In this document: positions 8,888 to 17,229 of the stretch, piece after piece | How the letters are laid out: every line of letters begins with the position of its first letter | Numbering within the stretch: position 1 is the first letter of the stretch | Assembly (NCBI GenBank): GCA_026419635.1 | Contig: JANZZB010000001.1 | Span: 1-35,642, forward strand | Length of the DNA stretch: 35,642 nt | Source of the DNA: Clostridiales bacterium | Lineage (GTDB): Bacteria > Bacillota > Clostridia > Oscillospirales > Butyricicoccaceae | Direction of reading: 5' to 3' | Notes under the pieces: model-generated | Told to the model about the DNA's origin: nothing | Seen by the model: the letters and a program-made list of their open reading frames with translations, nothing else | The model's database searches: none | Position numbers and translations under genes: made by a program

Positions 8888-10408
8888 ATGTTACAGGATT
8901 TTTTTGCAGCTATTAGAATTGCAATCGGCGATTTTTACCGACAAAATAATAATTTTTTCTGGTTCTTTATTTCCGTACTTATTTCAGCGGCAATTCTAGT
9001 GCCTCTCATTAATACTCTTCGTATGGGAAGAATTCAGAAAGGAAGAGAACGCTATAAATTAACTCCGCCCGACAGCGATCTGAAAGAGCATGCCGTAAAA
9101 AGTCTTATAGCGGCTCTTGGAATCGTTACAACAGAAAAAGATACGGACTCTTTAGAACTTTTTCGTAAAATGCTTGAAGAGCGCTATCCCGCAGTCTATC
9201 AAAATCTTAACTGGGATGTTTATGGTGCTGGAAGCCTGCTTTACAAATGGCCGTCCAGAACCAATGAACAGGGAGCGCCTGTTATATTTTGTTCTCATTT
9301 TGATGTTACACCAAAGCGGCAAAGTGAAAGCTCTAAAAGTAAAAATGAGTATATTGAAAGAAGCATGATTTGTGGTCCTGGCGCATTAGGCGGGAAATGC
9401 AACGTCATTGCTATGCTAGAAGCAATCAATCAACTAATTCTGGCAGGATTTGCTCCGACAAAACGGGATTTGTATTTTGCATTTGGTCATGACGGTGAAA
9501 ACGGCGGGCAAAACGGAATGTTCAATATTACAAGAATCCTTTCAAGAAAAGGCATAAAACCTGCATTCGTGTTATATGGCTCCGGTAACGTTTTACCGTT
9601 TGCGATATCAAACCGGTTTATTGCCAGTTCATCAATTAACATATCGGAAAATGGCAAATTGAGGCTAAAGCTTGTAGCAAACAAAGCCGATCAAACGACG
9701 AATGAAAAAGAGAAATCAAAAAAGAAGAATGAAGTAAACGATGCAGATTCGGTCTTGGCGGAAGCTCTTTCCAGAGTTGAAGCGGCACCAACCAAACACA
9801 GAATAACAGATACGGTTAGATTTTATTACAAAACCATGGCGCCTGCTATGAATTTTTGGGAAAGATTTGCCGTAGGCAATTTACCGTTTACGCGCGGTTT
9901 ATTTATTAGAATGTTTCGTAATCTGCCTATAAATAATCCAATGATAAAAACGCTAATTGAAATTCAAATGGGTCAAGGTGCGAGAAAAACAAAAGATGGC
10001 CGGGCTGAAGCATACCTGAATATCAGCTTATTAAACGGTGATTCGGCGGGGTATATGATCGATTACATAAAAGATATCCTATCAGACCTTAAGGTAGCAG
10101 TCCATGAGATGGAACTTTCTGAGGCATCCGCTGTTTCAAGCATTCGCTGTGAAGCCTATAAAATGATTTACCGTGCGATCCAGAAACGCTTTGAAAACAT
10201 TATAATCGCTCCCGGGGTCAGTAATGAAGCAAACGGAGCGCGTTATTTTGAAAAGATCTGTTCCAGCGTATACCGTTTTTCTCCGGTTCTGATTGAAACG
10301 AAGAATATGCCCAATCAAATAACAGAGTGCATCAGAGATAGTTCTCTTGGTGCGGCAGTTGAAACATATATCTCCCTGATTAAAAGTGCCGGAAGCGAAA
10401 GCATATAA
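8888..10408 (+). CDS. Membrane-anchored M20-family peptidase homologue with a degenerate active site (possible pseudoenzyme)
   Basis: An N-terminal TM helix (FFWFFISVLISAAILVPLI) is followed by M20-like blocks CSHFDVTP, ICGPGALGGK, FAFGHDGENGG and YRFSP. By eye, several canonical metal and catalytic residues are substituted (see findings). Confidence 0.6.
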   Translation: MLQDFFAAIRIAIGDFYRQNNNFFWFFISVLISAAILVPLINTLRMGRIQKGRERYKLTPPDSDLKEHAVKSLIAALGIVTTEKDTDSLELFRKMLEERYPAVYQNLNWDVYGAGSLLYKWPSRTNEQGAPVIFCSHFDVTPKRQSESSKSKNEYIERSMICGPGALGGKCNVIAMLEAINQLILAGFAPTKRDLYFAFGHDGENGGQNGMFNITRILSRKGIKPAFVLYGSGNVLPFAISNRFIASSSINISENGKLRLKLVANKADQTTNEKEKSKKKNEVNDADSVLAEALSRVEAAPTKHRITDTVRFYYKTMAPAMNFWERFAVGNLPFTRGLFIRMFRNLPINNPMIKTLIEIQMGQGARKTKDGRAEAYLNISLLNGDSAGYMIDYIKDILSDLKVAVHEMELSEASAVSSIRCEAYKMIYRAIQKRFENIIIAPGVSNEANGARYFEKICSSVYRFSPVLIETKNMPNQITECIRDSSLGAAVETYISLIKSAGSESI

Positions 10409-10409
10409 A

Positions 10410-10441
10410 AAACCGCGTGCAAAATGAAAAGCACGCGGTTT
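10410..10441 (-). terminator. Terminator hairpin copy 1 (U-tract only on the minus strand)
   Basis: An 11-bp stem AAACCGCGTGC/GCACGCGGTTT has a 10-nt loop. The A6 run at 10407-12 gives T6 after the hairpin on the minus strand. On the plus strand only TTT then GAG follows. Confidence 0.5.
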
Positions 10442-10632
10442 GAGACTGTCGATAAAGTCGACAGTCTTTCGAGAGGGAATCCAATTCCCCCTCGACCTTC
10501 CCCTTGGGGCGGACAAAACCAAAGGTTTTGTCCAGTGTGTCCTCCGGCGGCGCATGTCCGCCTGCGGACTAATCTTACGTTAAGGGTTTTTGACCCTTAA
10601 CAATCCCCGAAATATACTTTTTCGACAAGCTG
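10442..10632. other. Hairpin-dense ~190-nt module of unknown nature (structured 3' UTR, small RNA, or MITE-like insert)
   Basis: Five unrelated strong hairpins lie at 10443-10467, 10469-10495, 10511-10533, 10539-10569 and 10579-10601. The module is locally GC-richer and is bracketed by two copies of the same terminator stem. Confidence 0.4.
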
Positions 10633-10663
10633 AAACCGCGTGCAAAAAGCACGCGGTTTTTTT
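10633..10663 (+). terminator. Terminator hairpin copy 2 (intrinsic terminator on the plus strand)
   Basis: It has the same 11-bp stem AAACCGCGTGC/GCACGCGGTTT with an AAAAA loop, followed by a T7 run (10657-10663). On the minus strand it is followed only by TTTCAG. Confidence 0.7.
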
Positions 10664-10681
10664 AGTCAGGGCTTGCTTAAT

Positions 10682-11683
10682 TTAAGTAACTGTCCAGATT
10701 ATTGAGAGTTTTTTTTTATATTCATCCGTATATGTAACCTGGATTTCATCCATCCAAGATTGAACTAATTTCGCATAAAGACCGTCAGCCATGACAGAAA
10801 TCACATCATTACGGTTTTTTTCGAGATAAGATTCATTATTTTTTAGCCTTTTAATAATATGGTATCCATATTCCGTTTCAACAATACTGCTTATTCCGCC
10901 GACAGAGAGGGAAAAGGCCGCGTCTTCAAATTCGGGTTCCATCGCACCTTGTGGATTTAAAGCTGCACGAGTAAATGTGTACTGATAACCGTTGGCTTCT
11001 GTTAATCCCGAATCTTCATTTTCAGATTTCACCAACGTTAAAAAATCTGCCCCTGCTCTTATTTTTTCAAGTATTTTTTCTATATCTTTGTTCTTCTTTT
11101 CTACGGCAGTTTCATTTAACGGATTTCCTTCCGCATCCGTCGTTTTCTTTAATATATGAGTAACTGTGACATAGTTCTTATTAAAAAAGTCTGTAATTTC
11201 TTTGTCGGTGGGTTCTTCCGTTCCGCCGGAAGAATAGAGTACCTTTGAAAGCTTGTCATAAAGAAATGAATATTCGCTTATTTTATCATACAATGTATCG
11301 GTCATGCCGGATTGCTTAAGCGCTTTCTCGTAAGCCGCCGTACCTCCGACAGCGTCAATATTTTCTTTTTTGCTGGTTTTTAACTGTTCCCGGTCTTCTT
11401 TGGTTAATTCTACCCCGAGCTCAGATGCTTTTTTAAAAATAGTCTGCATTTGAATAATCTGATTTGCGGCTGCTTCTTTTGCAGTTTTCTCACCGTCATC
11501 ACCTTCTGCCGGATCGACATTCGATGAATTGACACGTAAAAAATAAGCGTAGTCGCGCGCATCAACGTTGGTGCCGCCTATAACCATAACAACAGGGCTT
11601 GTTTTTGCTGCACAGCCAGCAAAAAATGCCAACATGAATGCTATGATAAAAAAGATTGAGACGCTGTGGCGGAACCATTTCAA
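10682..11683 (-). CDS. PrsA/SurA-like peptidyl-prolyl isomerase lipoprotein (parvulin-type foldase)
   Basis: It has a signal peptide with lipobox FFAGC, a SurA-N-like helical region and the parvulin motif ...FSLSVGGISSIVETEYGYHIIKR. The start is TTG at 11683, after AAAGGATGA. Confidence 0.85.
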   Translation of the reverse strand: MKWFRHSVSIFFIIAFMLAFFAGCAAKTSPVVMVIGGTNVDARDYAYFLRVNSSNVDPAEGDDGEKTAKEAAANQIIQMQTIFKKASELGVELTKEDREQLKTSKKENIDAVGGTAAYEKALKQSGMTDTLYDKISEYSFLYDKLSKVLYSSGGTEEPTDKEITDFFNKNYVTVTHILKKTTDAEGNPLNETAVEKKNKDIEKILEKIRAGADFLTLVKSENEDSGLTEANGYQYTFTRAALNPQGAMEPEFEDAAFSLSVGGISSIVETEYGYHIIKRLKNNESYLEKNRNDVISVMADGLYAKLVQSWMDEIQVTYTDEYKKKLSIIWTVT

Positions 11684-11714
11684 TGTACATCATCCTTTAA
11701 TGAATTGTAATTCA

Positions 11715-11744
11715 AGTATATCATCTAACAGCACGAGTATACAA
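11715..11744 (-). promoter_or_regulatory. Candidate sigma-A promoter for the PrsA-like gene (TTGTAT - 18 nt - TATACT)
   Basis: On the minus strand the -35 is at 11739-11744 and the -10 at 11715-11720, inside the 75-nt gap after the mfd stop. This is sequence match only. Confidence 0.35.
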
Positions 11745-11758
11745 GAGAAGAGGTAGAT

Positions 11759-14700
11759 TTATTCCTTTATCGGTGCCGCTTGGTGATAATCCGCAATAAA
11801 CCTACGCGCCTCTTTTATGGGTGAAGAATCTGCCTTGAGTCTTAATGAAAGATAGGGATGTTCCCCTGCATTTAATAAGACACGCCCTTTGTAATACTCT
11901 TCGGAACATAATAAAGAGATTTTCATAAAATCCGGTTTTTTAAGAACAATGATGAGACACCCGCTTTTTTGGGAAAGCTCTATAATTCCAGCTTCTCCCG
12001 CTTCAAAACGTAAAAGCGCAATGTCAAGGAGTGCTATCGTTTCTGCAGGTGGATCGCCAAAACGATCGATCAATTCATCTATTAAATCTTCTCGATCGTC
12101 TTCGCATTTGATCATTGCAATCCTGCGGTAAAAATCAATGCGCTGACCCGAATCGTTAATATATTTTTCCGGTATGTTCGCATTAAGTGAAAAGTCAGCC
12201 GAGCATTCAACCCTCTCGTGGATTTCGCCGCCCTGTTCGGTAATGACGGCTTCTTCAAGAAGTTTCAGGTACATATCGTAACCGACAGACATCATATGTC
12301 CGCTTTGCTCCGGACCAAGTACATTGCCTGCACCTCTAATTTCAAGGTCACGCATGGCTATTTTGAAACCGGAGCCAAATTCCGCGAATTCGCGGATAGC
12401 GGAAAGCCTCTTTTGTGCAATTTCTGAAAGCACTTTCCCGCGCCTATAGGTAAAGTAAGCAAAAGCATGTCGTGATGAACGTCCGACACGTCCTCTGATT
12501 TGGTGTAGCTGGGAAAGTCCGAATGTATCTGCGTTTTCTATTATTAGAGTATTTACGTTAGAAATATCCAGAACGGTTTCAATGATTGTCGTACAGACAA
12601 GGATATCAATGTTACCATCGGACATCCTGCCCATTATTTCGCTTAATTGATGCTGCGGCATTTGACCATGGGCGATTTCGACCACGGAATCCGGAAATTC
12701 CCCGCGTAGTTTAGCAGCTGTTCTGGAGATGGATTCAATGTGATTGTGCAGGTAATAAACCTGTCCGCCTCTTGACAGCTCTCTTCGCATTGCATCACAT
12801 AAAAACGGATGGTCATGTTCCAAAACGTAAGTTTGAACGGGGTAGCGGTCACGCGGTGCTTCCTCAAGCACAGACATATCCCGTATTCCTGACAGGGCCA
12901 TATTCAAAGTACGCGGTATGGGGGTAGCGGTGAGAGTGAGTACATCTATTTTGTGTGCTATTTCTTTTAAGCGCTCTTTATGTGTGACACCAAAACGCTG
13001 TTCTTCGTCGATAATTAACAAACCTAAATCATGAAATTCAACGTCTTTTTGCAGAAGGCGATGGGTCCCGATGCATAAATCGGCACTTCCGTTTTTAAGT
13101 CGAAGAAGAGACTTCTTTAATTCTTTTGATGTACTAAAACGGCTAAGCATTTCAATTTTAACCGGATATCCTTCAAACCGATGCAGTGCAGTCAAATAAT
13201 GCTGACGTGCAAGAACAGTTGTAGGAACTAAAATCGCAGCCTGTTTGCCGCCGAGAGCACACTTCATAACTGCGCGGAAGGCGACTTCCGTTTTGCCAAA
13301 CCCGACATCACCGCACAAAAGACGATCCATCGGATAAGATTTTTGCATATCCTCTTTAATTTCAGATGCACACCTTAACTGATCATCCGTCTCATCGTAT
13401 TGAAATGCCTCCTCAAATTCGCGCTGCCAGTTGTCATCTTTTGGGAAAGCGATTCCTTCTAATTTTTGCCGCTCTGCATACAACTGGATCAATTTTTTGG
13501 CGAGATCCTTTGCGGCCCCTTTCGCTTTCAGTTTTGCTTTTTGCCACTCGGAACCGCCAAGCTTATTTAATCTGACCGGGGCATCTTCTCCTCCGCCCCC
13601 GATATACTTTGAAATCAAATCCAGGGAGGAAGCGGGAAGGTACAAATAATCAGTTCCGGCAAAAGCAAGCTTGATATAGTCTCGTTCATATCCGTCTACC
13701 GTCATTCGCTCAATACCGGAAAAACGGCCTATTCCGTGGTGTTCATGAACAATCAGATCGCCAGGCACTAAGTCGGAATAAGAACGGATCCTCTCCTGCG
13801 CCGATCTTTTTTTCGGACGTTTTTGCTTTGCTGAGTTTGCTGCGGCAATGGATCCTTCCGCAATTACCGCGAGCTTGATTGCAGGATATTCAAAACCAGC
13901 CGACAATTTCTTTGTAGTAATAAGAATCTTCGATTTTTCTGGAATGGGCGGATCGTCAAAATCAAGTGCCGCAGGAATGTTGTCCGACTCCAATATCTCT
14001 TTTAGGTGCATAGCAGTACTGCGGCTGCTCGCAAGAACGAAGACAGAAAAATCAGTTGCCTGATAATGTGAAATATCTGAGATTAATGAGTCAAGACTGC
14101 CTGAAAATGAAGGTAATTGTTTCGCTGTCAGGTTAACAACGGTTTTTATCGGTTTATCATAAGAACCTGCCGGAAATGCGTCTAAAATCACGGTGGTATG
14201 AGCCGTGATTTTTTCAGAAAGCCCGGTGTAATCGAGCCAAAAATCGGAGTGTTTGGAGGAAATCAGGCCATCGGATAGTAAAGAATAGAGATCTTCGTTT
14301 ACCCGTTTTGTACAGGATTTAGCTGATTGCTTTATCCGGTTGTAATCGTCCAGGATTACAATTGAATCATGAGGAGCGTAATCTATTGCAGATACAAAAT
14401 CGGGGTAGATCATACACATAAGCCGATCGATAGCCGGAAAAATTCCTTCCGACTGAAGTCGTTCGATATCCTGCTCCAGTGTTTTTACGGCAGCTGGATT
14501 TTTTGATGCGGATTTTGAATGAATGATATCCTGTATTGTGGAAATAAGGCCTGTTACTCCGTCTTTTGAGCAGGAAGGGAGTGTTTCAAAAGCAGGAAGA
14601 ATAAGGGCTTCTTTTAATTCCTCAGTCCGCCTTTGCGAATCGATATCAAAAAAACTCAAAGAGTCGATTTCGTCACCAAAAAATTCAGCGCGGATCGGAC

Positions 14701-15274
14701 CGCTTTCTCCGGGAGAATAGACGTCAAGGATTCCGCCTCGAACTGCAAACTGGCCTGTACCCTCGACGGAAAAGGATCTCCGATATCCTGCATCCAAAAG
14801 TTTTGTTACGAGATGATCCAGAGAATATTTTTCAGAGCGCTTTAATAAAAGGGCGGATGAAAGTAACATATCTGGAGGCAAAGTCCGCTCCATTATAGCT
14901 TCAGCGGAAGCGAGCAGGATATGATATTTTCCCGTTAAAAACCCATAAAGAGCGGCAAGACGCTTTTGCTCCCATTCCCGGGAGACCGCTTCCACATTGC
15001 GAAATACAAAATCTCGTGTTGGGAGTAAAACGGAAATCTCGGTATCCAAAAAAGAATTAATATCGGAGCACAAACGAGCACAGGAGCTTTCATCTGAGCA
15101 GATGACGATGGATTTTTTGCCGGAATTTCGAACAAGGGCCGCAATAATATGTGCTTTATGAACAGGCTGCACACCGCTGATTAAAGAATATGGAGCATGC
15201 GAAAGATTGATTTTATTTAAAATAGAAGATAATTCCGGAATTTGTAGTATAAAATCGCATAATTTCGGCATCAA
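11759..15274 (-). CDS. mfd: Transcription-repair coupling factor Mfd
   Basis: Length is 1171 aa, with an N-terminal UvrB-homology region and an RNAP-interaction region. The superfamily-2 translocase shows GDVGFGKTEVA (Walker A), IIDEEQRFGV and QLHQIRGRVGRS. GAGAGGAGG precedes the ATG. Confidence 0.98.
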   Translation of the reverse strand: MMPKLCDFILQIPELSSILNKINLSHAPYSLISGVQPVHKAHIIAALVRNSGKKSIVICSDESSCARLCSDINSFLDTEISVLLPTRDFVFRNVEAVSREWEQKRLAALYGFLTGKYHILLASAEAIMERTLPPDMLLSSALLLKRSEKYSLDHLVTKLLDAGYRRSFSVEGTGQFAVRGGILDVYSPGESGPIRAEFFGDEIDSLSFFDIDSQRRTEELKEALILPAFETLPSCSKDGVTGLISTIQDIIHSKSASKNPAAVKTLEQDIERLQSEGIFPAIDRLMCMIYPDFVSAIDYAPHDSIVILDDYNRIKQSAKSCTKRVNEDLYSLLSDGLISSKHSDFWLDYTGLSEKITAHTTVILDAFPAGSYDKPIKTVVNLTAKQLPSFSGSLDSLISDISHYQATDFSVFVLASSRSTAMHLKEILESDNIPAALDFDDPPIPEKSKILITTKKLSAGFEYPAIKLAVIAEGSIAAANSAKQKRPKKRSAQERIRSYSDLVPGDLIVHEHHGIGRFSGIERMTVDGYERDYIKLAFAGTDYLYLPASSLDLISKYIGGGGEDAPVRLNKLGGSEWQKAKLKAKGAAKDLAKKLIQLYAERQKLEGIAFPKDDNWQREFEEAFQYDETDDQLRCASEIKEDMQKSYPMDRLLCGDVGFGKTEVAFRAVMKCALGGKQAAILVPTTVLARQHYLTALHRFEGYPVKIEMLSRFSTSKELKKSLLRLKNGSADLCIGTHRLLQKDVEFHDLGLLIIDEEQRFGVTHKERLKEIAHKIDVLTLTATPIPRTLNMALSGIRDMSVLEEAPRDRYPVQTYVLEHDHPFLCDAMRRELSRGGQVYYLHNHIESISRTAAKLRGEFPDSVVEIAHGQMPQHQLSEIMGRMSDGNIDILVCTTIIETVLDISNVNTLIIENADTFGLSQLHQIRGRVGRSSRHAFAYFTYRRGKVLSEIAQKRLSAIREFAEFGSGFKIAMRDLEIRGAGNVLGPEQSGHMMSVGYDMYLKLLEEAVITEQGGEIHERVECSADFSLNANIPEKYINDSGQRIDFYRRIAMIKCEDDREDLIDELIDRFGDPPAETIALLDIALLRFEAGEAGIIELSQKSGCLIIVLKKPDFMKISLLCSEEYYKGRVLLNAGEHPYLSLRLKADSSPIKEARRFIADYHQAAPIKE

Positions 15275-15317
15275 ACCAGCCTCCTCTCTTTAATAATATG
15301 CAGTGCAACAGGATATT

Positions 15318-15341
15318 CCCCCGTTTCGGATGAAACGGGGG
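15318..15341. promoter_or_regulatory. Strong GC-rich hairpin in the pth-mfd spacer (function unclear)
   Basis: CCCCCGTTTC/GAAACGGGGG forms a 10-bp stem with a 4-nt loop. No U-tract follows on the minus (coding) strand. On the plus strand it is followed by GTTCAATTTT. Confidence 0.4.
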
Positions 15342-15451
15342 GTTCAATTTTGTACTATTATTTTATATCAACAGTTTCGTTATATCAGCGCGAAAAATGC
15401 AACAATTTTTAATACGAGAATATATAACAAGGCATTAATATACTTAAAGTA

Positions 15452-16090
15452 TTAGGTTTTGCCGTTGAATTTATTCATTGCACTGTCAACACCCGATGAC
15501 ACGATTTCGATTATGGATTCCAAAGCGAGTTCGATAGACGGAGAAAGCTGTGAAAGTTCTTGCGATGAGAACTTCCCAAGTACCCAATCCTTTGTATCAT
15601 AATCCGAATGATTAGGGGAACCGATTCCGATCTTGATGCGCGGAAACTGATTGCTGGAAAGCTGATAAATAATACTTTTAATGCCGTTGTGGCCGCCATC
15701 GCTGCCATCCCTTCGAATCCGTAACCGGCCAACGGGTAAAGACATGTCGTCAAAAACAACAATTACTCGTTCAGGGGGTATTTTATAAAACTTTGACGCA
15801 TCCCGAATTGATTCACCGGACAAATTCATAAATGTCTGCGGTTTTAATAACAAAACAGAAGTACCATTTATTTGTCCAATCGTGTAAAGAGATTTAAACT
15901 TTAAAGATTTGAGCGGCAGGTTAAGTTTATCCGAAATAAAGTCCATAGCAAGGAAACCGATATTATGACGGGATGAGCTATATTGGGAACCCGGATTGCC
16001 GAGACCTGCAATAATCCACTTCGGTGAACCGGTTGAAAGTGGTTTTTGAAACCTGCTTAAAATTGACATATATTGTACCGTAACCGCCAT
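15452..16090 (-). CDS. pth: Peptidyl-tRNA hydrolase
   Basis: IIAGLGNPG..Y..SRHNIGF and GSDGGHNG(I/L)KS motifs are present. The start is uncertain: ATG at 16090 or ATG at 16069, and neither has a clear RBS. Confidence 0.92.
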   Translation of the reverse strand: MAVTVQYMSILSRFQKPLSTGSPKWIIAGLGNPGSQYSSSRHNIGFLAMDFISDKLNLPLKSLKFKSLYTIGQINGTSVLLLKPQTFMNLSGESIRDASKFYKIPPERVIVVFDDMSLPVGRLRIRRDGSDGGHNGIKSIIYQLSSNQFPRIKIGIGSPNHSDYDTKDWVLGKFSSQELSQLSPSIELALESIIEIVSSGVDSAMNKFNGKT

Positions 16091-16171
16091 AAGTAAGTAA
16101 AACTGGTGTTTTGCTGCAATTAGCGGTTGCCGCTTTAAGCGGCGAGCGGCACGCCGAAGTACATCCTAAGA

Positions 16172-17131
16172 TCAGGTGAAAAGCGGAGATATGGAAACTT
16201 CTTCGTAAGTACGGGCAATGGCCTCCGTAAAGAGAGGTGCAACCGACAAGACCTTTATTTTATCGATGGCTTTTTCAGGTTTAAGGGGAATGGTATCAAG
16301 CAAATAAAGTTCCTTAATGTAGCTCTGCTGAATTCTTTCGATTGCAGGGCCGGATAAGACACCATGTGTTGCACAGGCGTAAATCTCTGTTGCGCCGCCT
16401 TTTTCAACTAAAGCACGTGCGGCATTTACAAGTGTGCCCGCTGTGTCAATCATGTCGTCAATCATAATTACACGCTTGCCTTTTACGTCGCCGATGATAT
16501 TCATTACTTCGCTTACATTTGCCTTCTGGCGACGTTTGTCGATAATCGCAAGGGGAACGTCAAGCCTTTCGGTAAATTTTCTTGCCCTTACAACAGAACC
16601 CAAATCAGGCGATACAATGCAAACATCGCTGGCACCTACACCGAATTTTTCTATTGTGTGGGGAATCAGAAGAGAAGTTCCGGTCAAATTATCCACAGGG
16701 ATGTTGAAAAAGCCCTGAATCTGAGCAGCATGAAGATCCATCGTAAGTACACGGTCCGCGCCGCCTGCCACGATCAAATCGGCAACAAGCTTTGCAGAGA
16801 TCGGATCGCGGGCTTTTGTTTTTCTGTCCTGGCGCGCATATCCGAGGTAAGGAATAACGGCGGTGATTCTGCCTGCGGACGCTCTGCGGAACGCGTCAAT
16901 CATGATAAGGAGTTCCATCAGGTTGTCGTTTACTGGAGCACAGACTGATTGTACTACAAAAACGTCGGAACCGCGTACAGTCTCGTTAATGGATACAGAA
17001 ATTTCACCATCCGAGAAGTTCGAAACAAGCGACTCCCCTAGTGTGAGCCCGAGACCCATAGCAATCTGGCTTGCAAGAACAGGATGGGATGTCCCGGTAA
17101 AAATTTTAATGTTTTTGCCATGCGAAATCAT
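16172..17131 (-). CDS. prs: Ribose-phosphate pyrophosphokinase (PRPP synthetase)
   Basis: Prs blocks are present (...[12 protein letters not shown]..., the PRPP-binding loop [13 protein letters not shown]). Start reassigned from 17158 to the ATG at 17131, which lies 7 nt after GGAGGG. Confidence 0.96.
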   Translation of the reverse strand: MISHGKNIKIFTGTSHPVLASQIAMGLGLTLGESLVSNFSDGEISVSINETVRGSDVFVVQSVCAPVNDNLMELLIMIDAFRRASAGRITAVIPYLGYARQDRKTKARDPISAKLVADLIVAGGADRVLTMDLHAAQIQGFFNIPVDNLTGTSLLIPHTIEKFGVGASDVCIVSPDLGSVVRARKFTERLDVPLAIIDKRRQKANVSEVMNIIGDVKGKRVIMIDDMIDTAGTLVNAARALVEKGGATEIYACATHGVLSGPAIERIQQSYIKELYLLDTIPLKPEKAIDKIKVLSVAPLFTEAIARTYEEVSISPLFT

Positions 17132-17229
17132 TGAAAAACCCTCCGTAAATAATTGCAATTGCGGGCTAGTCCCACAGTAGAAAATTGCAAATGATAGCCC
17201 GAATATAATTTATTTTCTTTTCTTTTCTT

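Noticed and set aside
10136-10600. Two ORFs run through the hairpin-dense intergenic module: a 139-aa minus-strand ORF (10136-10555) and a 58-aa plus-strand ORF (ATG 10424 to TAA 10598-10600).
   Set aside because: The minus ORF starts inside the module and runs antisense into the M20-like gene. The plus ORF starts in a hairpin loop with no RBS. Both strands are open only because the segment is GC-rich and palindromic, and the peptides look like translated hairpins (P/G/R-rich).
16091-16171. A GC-rich palindromic stretch between prs and pth (TTGCCGC TTTAA GCGGCGA).
   Set aside because: It is a short 7-bp stem with no U-tract on either strand, in a small intercistronic spacer of a conserved operon. 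There is nothing beyond a possible minor mRNA structure.
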